Below, piece by piece: positions 29,261 through 37,812 of a stretch of 64,000 nucleotides of DNA (position 1 is the stretch's first letter; every line of letters starts with the position of its first letter). A program made the position numbers and the translations under genes. The notes under the pieces were generated by a model that ran no database searches, had not been told where the DNA came from, and was given only the letters and a program-made list of their open reading frames with translations. Where the stretch lies: the sequence record PV158447.1; one strand, 5' to 3'.

Positions 29261-30117
29261 TAACGTCTCCTTGGTAAGAGCATCTTAACTGTATCCGTAA
29301 CGCCTTTCGGGTCCGAGTAAGCAAGATGTTTCTTCATGGATTCTTCAAAGAAGGTTTTGAACTCTCTGGCGGCGTCCCGGTATTCAGCAACATCGTCGGT
29401 CACTGCATCAACAGACACACCAAAACGCGATACAGCTTCCTGTACACCTCTTCGACACGTTTTGTATATGTATGCTTTCACCCCAAGTTCAACGAGCTCT
29501 GCGAACTTGTCAAACATCTTGGGAGGAATAACAGAGAAGTGTTCGTCATATGCCAAGATAACTTTGGCAATCATATTAAACATTGCTGAACCCGCATCCC
29601 GAATTAGGAAGGAGTTCTTGTTACCGGTCATGGTAATGTTGGTGAAGACTCGTTGAACGTTGCCATTATCCAAACCCACCATCAAACGGTTCATTGCGTT
29701 ACCAACCTGACCACCTGAATTACAAGGATCGTAATTAGCAAAGTTATACCCGTTACTAATGGCACGATTAATATTTCCTGGGTAAACCTCCAGGACACTA
29801 GTAATCGTTCTTCCGCCAGTGAGGTAATCTGGAACGTTAACGTAGATAATACCACCATCCACGTTTCGTATATGTGCGTTACTAAGATCAATGATTTCTG
29901 TAGTCCCGCCTGCAACGTTGAGTAGGGGTGCGATCATCCCAACGATGACCTTTTCTCGAATACCCTGTTCAACAGAATACTGATCGTTAGCATCCCCCCA
30001 GATGTGTCCGTAACCTAATCCGTTATTAGCGTTATCGAAAGCCAGTTTCAATAGGTAATCGGGAATGTCGGTAGGTCCACGGATGACGTAATTGATAGAA
30101 AAATCTACCGGATTCAT
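29260..30117 (-). CDS. Conserved virion structural protein
   Basis: 285-aa ORF coupled (TAATG) to the downstream gene. Confidence 0.6.
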   Translation of the reverse strand: MNPVDFSINYVIRGPTDIPDYLLKLAFDNANNGLGYGHIWGDANDQYSVEQGIREKVIVGMIAPLLNVAGGTTEIIDLSNAHIRNVDGGIIYVNVPDYLTGGRTITSVLEVYPGNINRAISNGYNFANYDPCNSGGQVGNAMNRLMVGLDNGNVQRVFTNITMTGNKNSFLIRDAGSAMFNMIAKVILAYDEHFSVIPPKMFDKFAELVELGVKAYIYKTCRRGVQEAVSRFGVSVDAVTDDVAEYRDAAREFKTFFEESMKKHLAYSDPKGVTDTVKMLLPRRR

Positions 30118-30199
30118 AGTCGACTCCTTGGTTATTAATAAGCGTACAAAAGATCGGAGAACAAAAAAACATCACCCTCACCCCCTAAGGAGCGAGAGT

Positions 30200-30705
30200 G
30201 AGTTTCAAAGGTACAACTACGCTTCCCACTGTAATCTAACCCGAGTAGACTCCTGGCCAAGGAGAATCTTCAAAGTTTGATTACAGTAGGCTGAGCAGTT
30301 AATCTACACAACTTCCCGACGTGTCGATCGGGCGGACTGTTTGACTGGACTTAAACTGGACACCCTCCTCAGAGGCAGTAATAAGTTAGTCACCGGGAAC
30401 GAATCCCGTCTTGCATAACACAGTTAGATCATGCAAGTATTTGATCACCATTCTCCGGGGAAAACTCGGAGGCGTGGGTGAGTAAGAGGATCCAGGGACA
30501 GGTCGATGTCTTTATCACTGTAGTGATAAATTGAACACGGTTGCTTATATTCCATTACAACGATGGCAGCTAGCGATTGTGTATTTTGGTAACGACATTT
30601 TGACAGTTGTTTGGATCCAATGAGTTTTCTTCCTGAAGCGAGGTCCCCACTCCAACCTACCACGAAAACATCAGTTAACGAAGTAAATTGTCTCCAGGAA
30701 GAAAA
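30200..30705 (-). ncRNA. Candidate large structured ncRNA downstream of the tRNAs (class unassigned)
   Basis: No credible CDS; many nested inverted repeats; followed on the minus strand by a G-rich stem and T-tract at about 30163-30200. Confidence 0.35.
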
Positions 30706-30708
30706 GGG

Positions 30709-30785
30709 GAGAGTGTTCTTGGAATCGAACCAAGGCAATCCCTCAGATGTGGCGAGGGCGACTTTCCAATCGTCTTTAACACTCT
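30709..30785 (-). ncRNA. Non-canonical tRNA-like element
   Basis: AGAGTGTT/AACACTCT acceptor stem, D arm GAC-GATTGGAAA-GTC, CCCTC/GAGGG stem with a 9-nt loop, T arm CTTGG-TTCGATT-CCAAG; no encoded CCA. Confidence 0.65.
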
Positions 30786-30790
30786 TTGTT

Positions 30791-30876
30791 TGGTGCGGGA
30801 TCCCGGAATCGAACCGGGATGACCGAAGTCGAGGGATTTTAAATCCCTTGTGTCTAACCAATTTCACCAATCCCGC
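30791..30876 (-). tRNA. trnL: tRNA-Leu (UAA)
   Basis: GCGGGAT/ATCCCGC acceptor, AGGGA-TTTAAAA-TCCCT anticodon arm, long variable arm, CCCGG-TTCGATT-CCGGG, encoded CCA. Confidence 0.95.
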
Positions 30877-30910
30877 TGATGCCGTCCCGTAGAACGGCGG
30901 TGCTGGGTTT

Positions 30911-31159
30911 TCAGCCAGCGTTGAAAGACACGCAGATCACCCCGGCAGGAATGCCTCCAGCAGAGCGACCAATTAGTGTGACTATGAGATCTTCAGGCAG
31001 AACTGGCCAAGAGTTTGATCCTCGGGCAGCGTCTTCGATATCATATCCGGCAGGATGCGTATATCTAGCAACCGATTCTGTCTCAGCAATGATAACGAAT
31101 GAATCGTACTCATCGTAGTCCACACTATCTGTTCTTTCAACTTTATAGATGTTCATCAT
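30911..31159 (-). CDS. Hypothetical protein (82 aa)
   Basis: AGGAA RBS; YDEYDSFVIIAE pattern common in small phage proteins. Confidence 0.7.
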   Translation of the reverse strand: MMNIYKVERTDSVDYDEYDSFVIIAETESVARYTHPAGYDIEDAARGSNSWPVLPEDLIVTLIGRSAGGIPAGVICVSFNAG

Positions 31160-31184
31160 TTCAACAGTTCCTATTGTCGTCTAT

Positions 31185-31373
31185 TTAGTCGCAAAAGGAC
31201 TTAGACTCTAGGAAGCATCTACTTTTAAACATCTTCATCCACGTCCCATGGGCGCGTGGGTACTCTACCGTCTCGGTAGTTGTTCCAGCTCTCACCAAGG
31301 CAACAGCATCGGTCTTGTGTAGTGTCGATCGGCCATATTGGCGGAAAACTACTAGGTGACCAAGGCGTGACAT
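31185..31373 (-). CDS. Hypothetical protein (62 aa)
   Basis: Short ORF co-oriented with its neighbours; weak support. Confidence 0.4.
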   Translation of the reverse strand: MSRLGHLVVFRQYGRSTLHKTDAVALVRAGTTTETVEYPRAHGTWMKMFKSRCFLESKSFCD

Positions 31374-31386
31374 GATGACAACTGTA

Positions 31387-31860
31387 CTGGGTCATGACCC
31401 AGGTTAGGTGGGGTACTTTGAGGTATCGAAGAGCAAGATCCGTGAGAGGAATGCCCTAGACCTGAAACGGATCTCTTTGTGCAAGGAGAACATCTCAAAG
31501 TCCCCTAACTGTTAAACTGTTTGCTATAGAATAGCAAACAGTTTAATTTTTAATATCCACTTTTTAAATGGATATTAAAAATCGCTATCTCTAACAGAGT
31601 GAAATAGCGAAAGAAAAGAATCATGAAAAGAAAAACCTAGTGACAACAACGAAGAGTGCAAACTTGGAAACACAACCCTTCTTAATATACTCTCTACATT
31701 GAGAATTCATTAAGAAGAGCAGGAACGTGGGAGGAGTTCACGTTCCTTACTCTTTCACTATAAGAGGAGTCGAAGGAAATGGCTAACCTTCTTAATGAAC
31801 ACTCTGTTCAAATATCCATTAAGAAGTAGAGTGGTCTTGGGAGCCACCACTCTACTCGAT
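31387..31860. repeat. Tandem array of inverted repeats and palindromes (non-coding)
   Basis: At least 8 hairpins or palindromes with 7-16 bp stems; two share the stem CTTCTTAAT/ATTAAGAAG. Confidence 0.85.
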
Positions 31861-31987
31861 TACGGTAAGGAGGTATTTAATGTGCAACTGAAGCGCAAGC
31901 CAAAGCGGAGCTATCACTTCCAGATGTTTACTTGTTAAAATAAACATGTGTGAAGTCAGTTCTTTTTTGAACATATAATAACAAGTT

Positions 31988-32020
31988 CCATATTTTTTCA
32001 AACCTATATTATCGACATGT
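31988..32020 (+). promoter_or_regulatory. Putative early promoter
   Basis: CCATATTTTTTCAAACCTATATTATCGACATGT. Confidence 0.7.
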
Positions 32021-32052
32021 ACAATCTCGTACAGTTATTTAGGAACATCGTC

Positions 32053-32679
32053 ATGAACTTTGAAACAATAACTTTTCGAATCCAATCTGCGCTGATGAAT
32101 CTCTTTAGCGAGATCGAAGTCGCTGAAATTGAAGTGGATCGTTCACTTCTAAAACATTGGGCTGTCGCTGACTTTTCGGATCACGATCTGAAGGGTTTGG
32201 AATTCTTCTGTGACAACACTGAACGTTTTGTTATGTTCTACGTTGTTGACAAACAAACTGGTGAAACAAAGTTCAACCGCCCGAAAGCAGGAATCCTGGA
32301 AGAACTCATCCCCACCACCAAGTTCTCAGACTTTCACTTCGAACTGACCAACAAACCAACCTCCCCTAATGATGTCATGGGTAAGTTTCTCACAGTCGCG
32401 ATCAACAATGCTGTTGGTAAACAGTTTCATCAAATGATGAAAGACAAGGCGGAAGAACTTGGTATTCTTCCTGGTGCGTTTGAATATGCGGTCTCCTGGA
32501 AAGTGCTGAACTCTGATCGTATCCGTATGTCTTACATGGCGAAGTTCGAACTTCATTTCAAACCCAAGGGAATGAAACGAGAGTGTTATGTCGGTCACTA
32601 CCTTGACGGACAGATCATGTCCATGTGTGTGAAAGAGACTTGTAAAACTGTTGACTTTAACGATTTGTTCAAGGAGTAA
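32053..32679 (+). CDS. Hypothetical early protein
   Basis: ORF 32017-32679; ATG 32053 follows AGGAA. Confidence 0.72.
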   Translation: MNFETITFRIQSALMNLFSEIEVAEIEVDRSLLKHWAVADFSDHDLKGLEFFCDNTERFVMFYVVDKQTGETKFNRPKAGILEELIPTTKFSDFHFELTNKPTSPNDVMGKFLTVAINNAVGKQFHQMMKDKAEELGILPGAFEYAVSWKVLNSDRIRMSYMAKFELHFKPKGMKRECYVGHYLDGQIMSMCVKETCKTVDFNDLFKE

Positions 32680-32684
32680 TAGGA

Positions 32685-33359
32685 ATGGAAATTTACAACG
32701 CGTATATCACTCTGTTGACAATGAAGAATAACTGGCGGATTCTGAATGAGGAAGCGTTGGAACTTCAGAAGAAACGTTTTGTTCCTGGTTTGAGTTATCA
32801 GTCAATGGGCGCTTCTACGTTATCTGATTTGGTTTTTGCGTTTGCCATCAATCCTGATACCAAGAAATGGGCCTTCGTACTGAAGTTTGAAGGGGAGGAA
32901 TTCTGGGCCCCTGCCGGAACGGGGCAGTACATCTTCAACAACGGAGTAATTGATAAGATCATTACTGCTTGGTGGAAAGTGTATGGTCCCGAATTTAATC
33001 AGAGTGTCCAAGGACTGGTAGACAAGGTTTGGGGGTCTCCTGAGATCGACAATCATTTTAATTGGGAGTTTTCTATTCCTGAACGGATACGTGGTTTAGA
33101 ACGAACTTTCACCCATACTCTTGAAGGGATTTCCATCTCTTTTATCGGAAAAGAGGATATGCGGGGTCGTTATACTGGTAGACTTTTGGTATCTTACGAC
33201 ACCAGGAATTACTCCAGGGTGTTGCGTAAGGTGATGATTGTCGGTCCTGAGATTGTCACCATGGATCTGGAATATCTTTCCTTTAAAGAGTTTCCTGCAA
33301 CTGTAAAGGTCCTTCTGAGAGACGCTATTCTCAAGTGGATCAATATCACCAAACTGTAA
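32685..33359 (+). CDS. Hypothetical protein (224 aa), probable paralog of the next gene
   Basis: AGGAG RBS; RI.G.E and MR....TG.L.VS..T pattern shared with 33387-34124. Confidence 0.72.
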   Translation: MEIYNAYITLLTMKNNWRILNEEALELQKKRFVPGLSYQSMGASTLSDLVFAFAINPDTKKWAFVLKFEGEEFWAPAGTGQYIFNNGVIDKIITAWWKVYGPEFNQSVQGLVDKVWGSPEIDNHFNWEFSIPERIRGLERTFTHTLEGISISFIGKEDMRGRYTGRLLVSYDTRNYSRVLRKVMIVGPEIVTMDLEYLSFKEFPATVKVLLRDAILKWINITKL

Positions 33360-33386
33360 ATCAACAATACCTAAAGGAGTTTTGTA

Positions 33387-34124
33387 ATGAACTTTTACGC
33401 CATCTTCCAAGGTTGGTTCTCTAACATTCTTATCAACTTCTTGGTTACTAACTGGAAGGCAGTGAACAACATCGTTGTTTCTGCCATCAAATCAGCTAAC
33501 CAGGTCGAGGGGGAACCTAAAAGGATTTCTCTTTTAGAGGTTCTGGGAACTGAACTACTTGTTCATTGGAACGGTGCCTACTGGGAAATTGAAATCTTGG
33601 GGCTGATCTCCGGAACAAGTTCCCATTCCACTTCCATCTACACCATCAAAGAAAGGTTAACTAATGGTGTCTGGGCTTACAACAGTAAAGTAGCTAACCG
33701 GATCGAAGAAAAATGGAAGCTGAATGGTTACTACGGTAAAGGTATTAAAGAGACAGTAATCGAGGCTGTTTGTTCCAGGGTTTGGTTAAGTGGCCTGAAG
33801 GACTTCACTATTCTCGATCGTATTACTGGGAAAGAGAAGGACTTAACCCTCATCCCTACCACACCTGAGCACAAAGAGGATGAAAAGATCAAAGACCGTG
33901 TTGTTAACGAATACTTCACTGTCAAGGGCAAAATGCGTTCCTCTCTCTTTGGAAGTCACACCGGGATTCTGTTCGTTTCTATCAATACGAGTTCGGTATC
34001 CGGGATGTTGTCTGAGTTGTTCCTTGATGAACTGCGAGGCTCTACATTAACTCCTTCTAAAACAAAAGCTGATAGCCTGGCAATCGATATCAAGAACACG
34101 CTGGAAAAACTGTTGACAATGTAA
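33387..34124 (+). CDS. Hypothetical protein (245 aa)
   Basis: AAGGAG RBS; terminator at 34131-34156. Confidence 0.72.
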   Translation: MNFYAIFQGWFSNILINFLVTNWKAVNNIVVSAIKSANQVEGEPKRISLLEVLGTELLVHWNGAYWEIEILGLISGTSSHSTSIYTIKERLTNGVWAYNSKVANRIEEKWKLNGYYGKGIKETVIEAVCSRVWLSGLKDFTILDRITGKEKDLTLIPTTPEHKEDEKIKDRVVNEYFTVKGKMRSSLFGSHTGILFVSINTSSVSGMLSELFLDELRGSTLTPSKTKADSLAIDIKNTLEKLLTM

Positions 34125-34130
34125 TCCTCT

Positions 34131-34156
34131 CCAGGAGTTCCTTCGGGGACTCCTGG
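34131..34156 (+). terminator. Intrinsic terminator (UUCG loop)
   Basis: CCAGGAGTTCC-TTCG-GGGACTCCTGG followed by a T-rich tract. Confidence 0.78.
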
Positions 34157-34191
34157 TCTCTTTGTTTGTTTAATTTAGGAGCTCTGAAAAA

Positions 34192-34920
34192 ATGAATAAG
34201 TTTACTTTGGACAATCCGTTCTTTTACCCTATCGATTCCAAAAAGGCCACGATCAGTACCTTTCTGGGACATATTGTTTCCCGGCACAAGGAGTTCACTG
34301 AGGACGTCGTTAATATCAATAAAGAAACTGGGTCCTCAAGCTGGACAGTTTACTTTGCTTCAGGTAATGGACTCCAGTTCAAAGTCCATAAGAACAGGAT
34401 AGGTTTTTACAATCTCGTTATTGAAGACTCTGATCGACTCATCGTTGCTGAGCATGGTATCACTTCAGTGAACTTGGGTCACAGTACCAAACAGTTTAAA
34501 TCGAGTCTGGAGAAATACAAGTCGACTCTGAACAGTCGTTTGTTTATTGATCGCAAAGCGCTCCGTAACGATCTCAGCGTGCATTTTAACGAGAACAGCG
34601 TCTCTTTGTTCAATACACTACCTGGTTTCTGGGATAACGTTCTGAAACGTTCTAAAGTGACTGAGTTGAATGATCTCAACATCAATGATGCTTTCAACGT
34701 TTCTGTTAAAGTGACTAAGGTCACTAAGGAACTCTTTGAGGCTGTCGTCAGTATCAAACATACTCCTGGTTGGTTAACTAAAACTTGGGGAGGTAAAACG
34801 TTCCCAGATGAAGATAAAGAATTGGTTCACACTTCCACAATTTTCCTTTCTTCGAAAGAAAGTCGTTTCCAACGTAACGAACGTATTCTTCACACTGTTT
34901 GTAACTTGATTATTCAATAA
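34192..34920 (+). CDS. Hypothetical protein (242 aa)
   Basis: AGGAG RBS. Confidence 0.72.
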   Translation: MNKFTLDNPFFYPIDSKKATISTFLGHIVSRHKEFTEDVVNINKETGSSSWTVYFASGNGLQFKVHKNRIGFYNLVIEDSDRLIVAEHGITSVNLGHSTKQFKSSLEKYKSTLNSRLFIDRKALRNDLSVHFNENSVSLFNTLPGFWDNVLKRSKVTELNDLNINDAFNVSVKVTKVTKELFEAVVSIKHTPGWLTKTWGGKTFPDEDKELVHTSTIFLSSKESRFQRNERILHTVCNLIIQ

Positions 34921-35182
34921 CTTGTTTTCTCAATCTGGTTTCTATTTTCTGATTCCGCATAGACCTATCTATCACTAGGAAGTAAACCACTGGGTGGAAT
35001 GGGGTAGGGGGCTTTATGTGTTAACCAGTCCAGTTCAAACAAGTTGGAATATATTAAGCGTTATGAACGAAGTGAATAACATCCTATTATCTTTATCAGT
35101 GAGGTTGAAACTATCAGATAAAAAAGACTAAAAAAAGAACGAATGAATAAAAACCATTTAGAAATCACAAAGGAATAAGAGA
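34921..35182. repeat. Intergenic element B (shares a block with element C)
   Basis: ATGAACGAAGTGAAT at 35063-35077 is identical to 37669-37683, with similar downstream sequence. Confidence 0.6.
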
Positions 35183-35980
35183 ATGACTCATGATGATATT
35201 CGTAAATCAGCGGAGCTCTTTCTGGAAAATGCTAAGAGTGGGAACGCTCCTATAGGGGACTTATTGTATATCCTGAAAGCTCTGAAAGGGATTCGGGATA
35301 ATTACGAAGCGTTTGTAACCGAATGCCAACGTTTAATTGAGAAAGGGGAAACTGTTATACGGATCGTGGAGAACTATACTAACACGATTAAGTTGGTAAA
35401 GGAATCTGAAGGTTGGTATGTCCGTACCAACCTCTACGCGCTTGATCTGGGAATCTATTCTGGATGTCGTGTTCATCACTCTGTTCAAGATTACGAAGTT
35501 CGTCGCTACTTCACTACTCTGATTCGTCGGGTAAGTGATCGGGTTTATCGTGGTAGTGAAACAGAGACCAACAATTACATCAAAGAAGAGCTCGGAAAAG
35601 GTCTCTTCGAGAAAGTGCCTAAAATACGCTATACCCGATTCCTTAAACAATTCGTACCGATGCACTGGGACGGTGTTGGAGATCTCTCTAATCCGTTCCT
35701 GCTGGCTGTAGAGGGGACCGATACGAAGAACCGTGTTCGGGTAACGATTAAGTTTAATCCGAACAAAGCATTTACCTGGATGGATCGACAAAGTGTTGTC
35801 AATAAACTCATGACGCTCGATCGCCGTAATGTAGAAGACGTATACTCCATTGATAACTTTGGAGTTACGTTTGAAGTGAGCGTCAATATAGGGTACGGCT
35901 TGGAAAGTGCTCTGAAAGATGCCATTGTGAATGAAGTCTTTTCCATGCTGAGTAAACTGGAAGAGCTGGGTAACTGGTAA
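35183..35980 (+). CDS. Hypothetical protein (265 aa)
   Basis: AAGGA RBS; terminator at 35991-36024. Confidence 0.72.
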   Translation: MTHDDIRKSAELFLENAKSGNAPIGDLLYILKALKGIRDNYEAFVTECQRLIEKGETVIRIVENYTNTIKLVKESEGWYVRTNLYALDLGIYSGCRVHHSVQDYEVRRYFTTLIRRVSDRVYRGSETETNNYIKEELGKGLFEKVPKIRYTRFLKQFVPMHWDGVGDLSNPFLLAVEGTDTKNRVRVTIKFNPNKAFTWMDRQSVVNKLMTLDRRNVEDVYSIDNFGVTFEVSVNIGYGLESALKDAIVNEVFSMLSKLEELGNW

Positions 35981-35990
35981 TTGTAGACAA

Positions 35991-36024
35991 ATGCTTTCTA
36001 CTCGGATTTCCGAGTAGAAAGCAT
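35991..36024 (+). terminator. Intrinsic terminator
   Basis: ATGCTTTCTACTCGG-ATTT-CCGAGTAGAAAGCAT. Confidence 0.75.
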
Positions 36025-36042
36025 AATTACTTAGGAGTTAAA

Positions 36043-36552
36043 ATGAGAATTAATTTAGCAGCTTGTTGCATTCAGATCATCGCCCGTCGCTTCGAACAGA
36101 TTCTGGCTGATCGTGGGAAATGTGGTTTAAACTTGAAACTTGATTTTAAAGCGTTTGATGATCATCGGGTCAAGGTGGAATTCTTCAGTGGTTCCAGTGG
36201 ACATATTGTTCATTACGGTCTTTACGATCAATGTGGTATCCTGGAATACGGGCTCTCTGAGGAAGCGCATCTTTATACCGAAAGGACAATAAAAGATCTC
36301 TTGGATCATCTCTCCACAGAGTGGATGAAATACAAACTCGACTGTATGATCGAACTCGGGATTATTAAGAAACGATCTGGTGTGCTGTTTGAAATGGATA
36401 CCGATCCTGTTTTAATCAAAATGCAAGATCTTTTTATCAACAAAGACCGTCTTTCGTTAAGTGAAGTTTGTTCCACCTGGGAAGGTCTCGGTCTCAATAT
36501 TTCTTTTGAAGAAATGCTTGTTTTGGAAAATGATCTTCAACAATACAAATAA
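36043..36552 (+). CDS. Hypothetical protein (169 aa)
   Basis: AGGAG RBS. Confidence 0.72.
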   Translation: MRINLAACCIQIIARRFEQILADRGKCGLNLKLDFKAFDDHRVKVEFFSGSSGHIVHYGLYDQCGILEYGLSEEAHLYTERTIKDLLDHLSTEWMKYKLDCMIELGIIKKRSGVLFEMDTDPVLIKMQDLFINKDRLSLSEVCSTWEGLGLNISFEEMLVLENDLQQYK

Positions 36553-36566
36553 CTTGGGAGAATGAA

Positions 36567-37076
36567 ATGTTATCTATTAAATACACTAAAGGTTTAGTGC
36601 CAAATCGTGCCGCTGTTTCTAATATGATGTCTGAGTTACGTTCTCGTAAAACTCCTGGTGACCGCTTCTATCGCTGGGAAGATAATATGTCCTTTATCTA
36701 CTTCCTGGGCTGGGGGGTTATTCTTACAATAACTCATAAGAAGCGTTCTGGTCAAAAGTACATGGACGTAACCTATCAGGTAGGAGATGGTTCTGATCTC
36801 TTCCTGATCTCGATTAAAGTGAACTCTTACCTGAGTAAACGAGATGTTATTCGTTTTATTGAACAGTCATTCTACCGTATTATGTTTCAACGGTTAGTGT
36901 GGCAAGATAAACTCGTGCTCAATGGGAAGAAGATCTCTGAGTGGGAAGCGGAAGGTCTTAAGGATGTCTCTGATTCATTAGTTAGAGTAAGTCAGATCTC
37001 TTATGTCCACTCTACTTCTTTCCATCCTGCGATGAAAGTCAACGACGAGTGGCTTGAACCTGTTCATTTGGGGTAA
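36567..37076 (+). CDS. Hypothetical protein (169 aa)
   Basis: GGGAG RBS. Confidence 0.7.
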   Translation: MLSIKYTKGLVPNRAAVSNMMSELRSRKTPGDRFYRWEDNMSFIYFLGWGVILTITHKKRSGQKYMDVTYQVGDGSDLFLISIKVNSYLSKRDVIRFIEQSFYRIMFQRLVWQDKLVLNGKKISEWEAEGLKDVSDSLVRVSQISYVHSTSFHPAMKVNDEWLEPVHLG

Positions 37077-37079
37077 TTT

Positions 37080-37382
37080 ATGAAACTTAAAGACATGACC
37101 TATTACGATTTCGTTCCACTGGACCTGTGTATGTTTATTCCTGGCAATGGTCGAGTGATAGAACGGATATCCCCTCCGGGGGAACTCGCCCCTGTTACCA
37201 TCATCGAATTTGATCCTGATGATAAATTTCCGGAAATATCCATGGAATACCCTGGTAGGATTACTGTTCATACGAAAACCGATGGGAAGGAGGTTTATTG
37301 GATGGCCGCTATCAGTTATGGTCCTCCGGTGGATGACCGATTCCAAGTGATGGTGCTCGGTACTGGTCAAGTTGAAATGTAA
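37080..37382 (+). CDS. Hypothetical protein (100 aa)
   Basis: Tightly packed; terminator at 37389-37416. Confidence 0.68.
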   Translation: MKLKDMTYYDFVPLDLCMFIPGNGRVIERISPPGELAPVTIIEFDPDDKFPEISMEYPGRITVHTKTDGKEVYWMAAISYGPPVDDRFQVMVLGTGQVEM

Positions 37383-37439
37383 CTTCCCACCTCCTAACCT
37401 CAATGGGTTAGGAGGTATTTCTCTTATGAGTATTTATTT

Positions 37440-37800
37440 TTTAGTAGTCGATACATATACTATGTAATTGTTTCACTTCTACTTTCGCTTTTAACTCATT
37501 TTCTTATCTATTTTCAAACTCTTTTCTTACTCACTTTTATGGTGATTGAGGAGGGGTTTGGGGTGGAGCAGAAGGTGGTCGTCAGGAGCAATTACCTAGT
37601 CAGTAAAGGCCGAGAGGCCAGTTTGATTAGTTATTAAAGGAAAAGTGATTAGGATAAGGAATAGAGGAATGAACGAAGTGAATGACTTCCTTATTCCTAA
37701 CTCACTTGACTGAAGAAAATCAGAGAAATGAATTAGAGAAGATTATTAACCTTATCTGGAGAGAGATCTCTGGGTAGGGTAGGGTCTATTATGTCCATCG
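37440..37800 (+). repeat. Intergenic element C (modular, structured)
   Basis: TATACTATGTA, pyrimidine tract, TCAC/GTGA hairpin, GAGGAGGGGTTTGGGGTGG, GGCC-GAGA-GGCC, long hairpin around GAACGAAGTGA. Confidence 0.65.
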
Positions 37801-37812
37801 TTAAATTGATCT

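Noticed and set aside
30200-30620. Assignment as tmRNA, RNase P RNA, group I intron or HDV/hammerhead ribozyme
   Set aside because: Only fragmentary resemblance: no GGGG/G3:U70 acceptor or CCA end, the putative tag has no stop, there is no GAGGAAAGUCC, and no complete P7 or ribozyme core. Kept as an unassigned candidate.
30445-30870. 141-aa minus-strand ORF
   Set aside because: Runs through the tRNA-Leu and tRNA-like element; no credible RBS or protein features.
31387-31980. CRISPR array interpretation of the repeated hairpins
   Set aside because: No regularly spaced identical direct repeats with unique spacers, and no cas genes.
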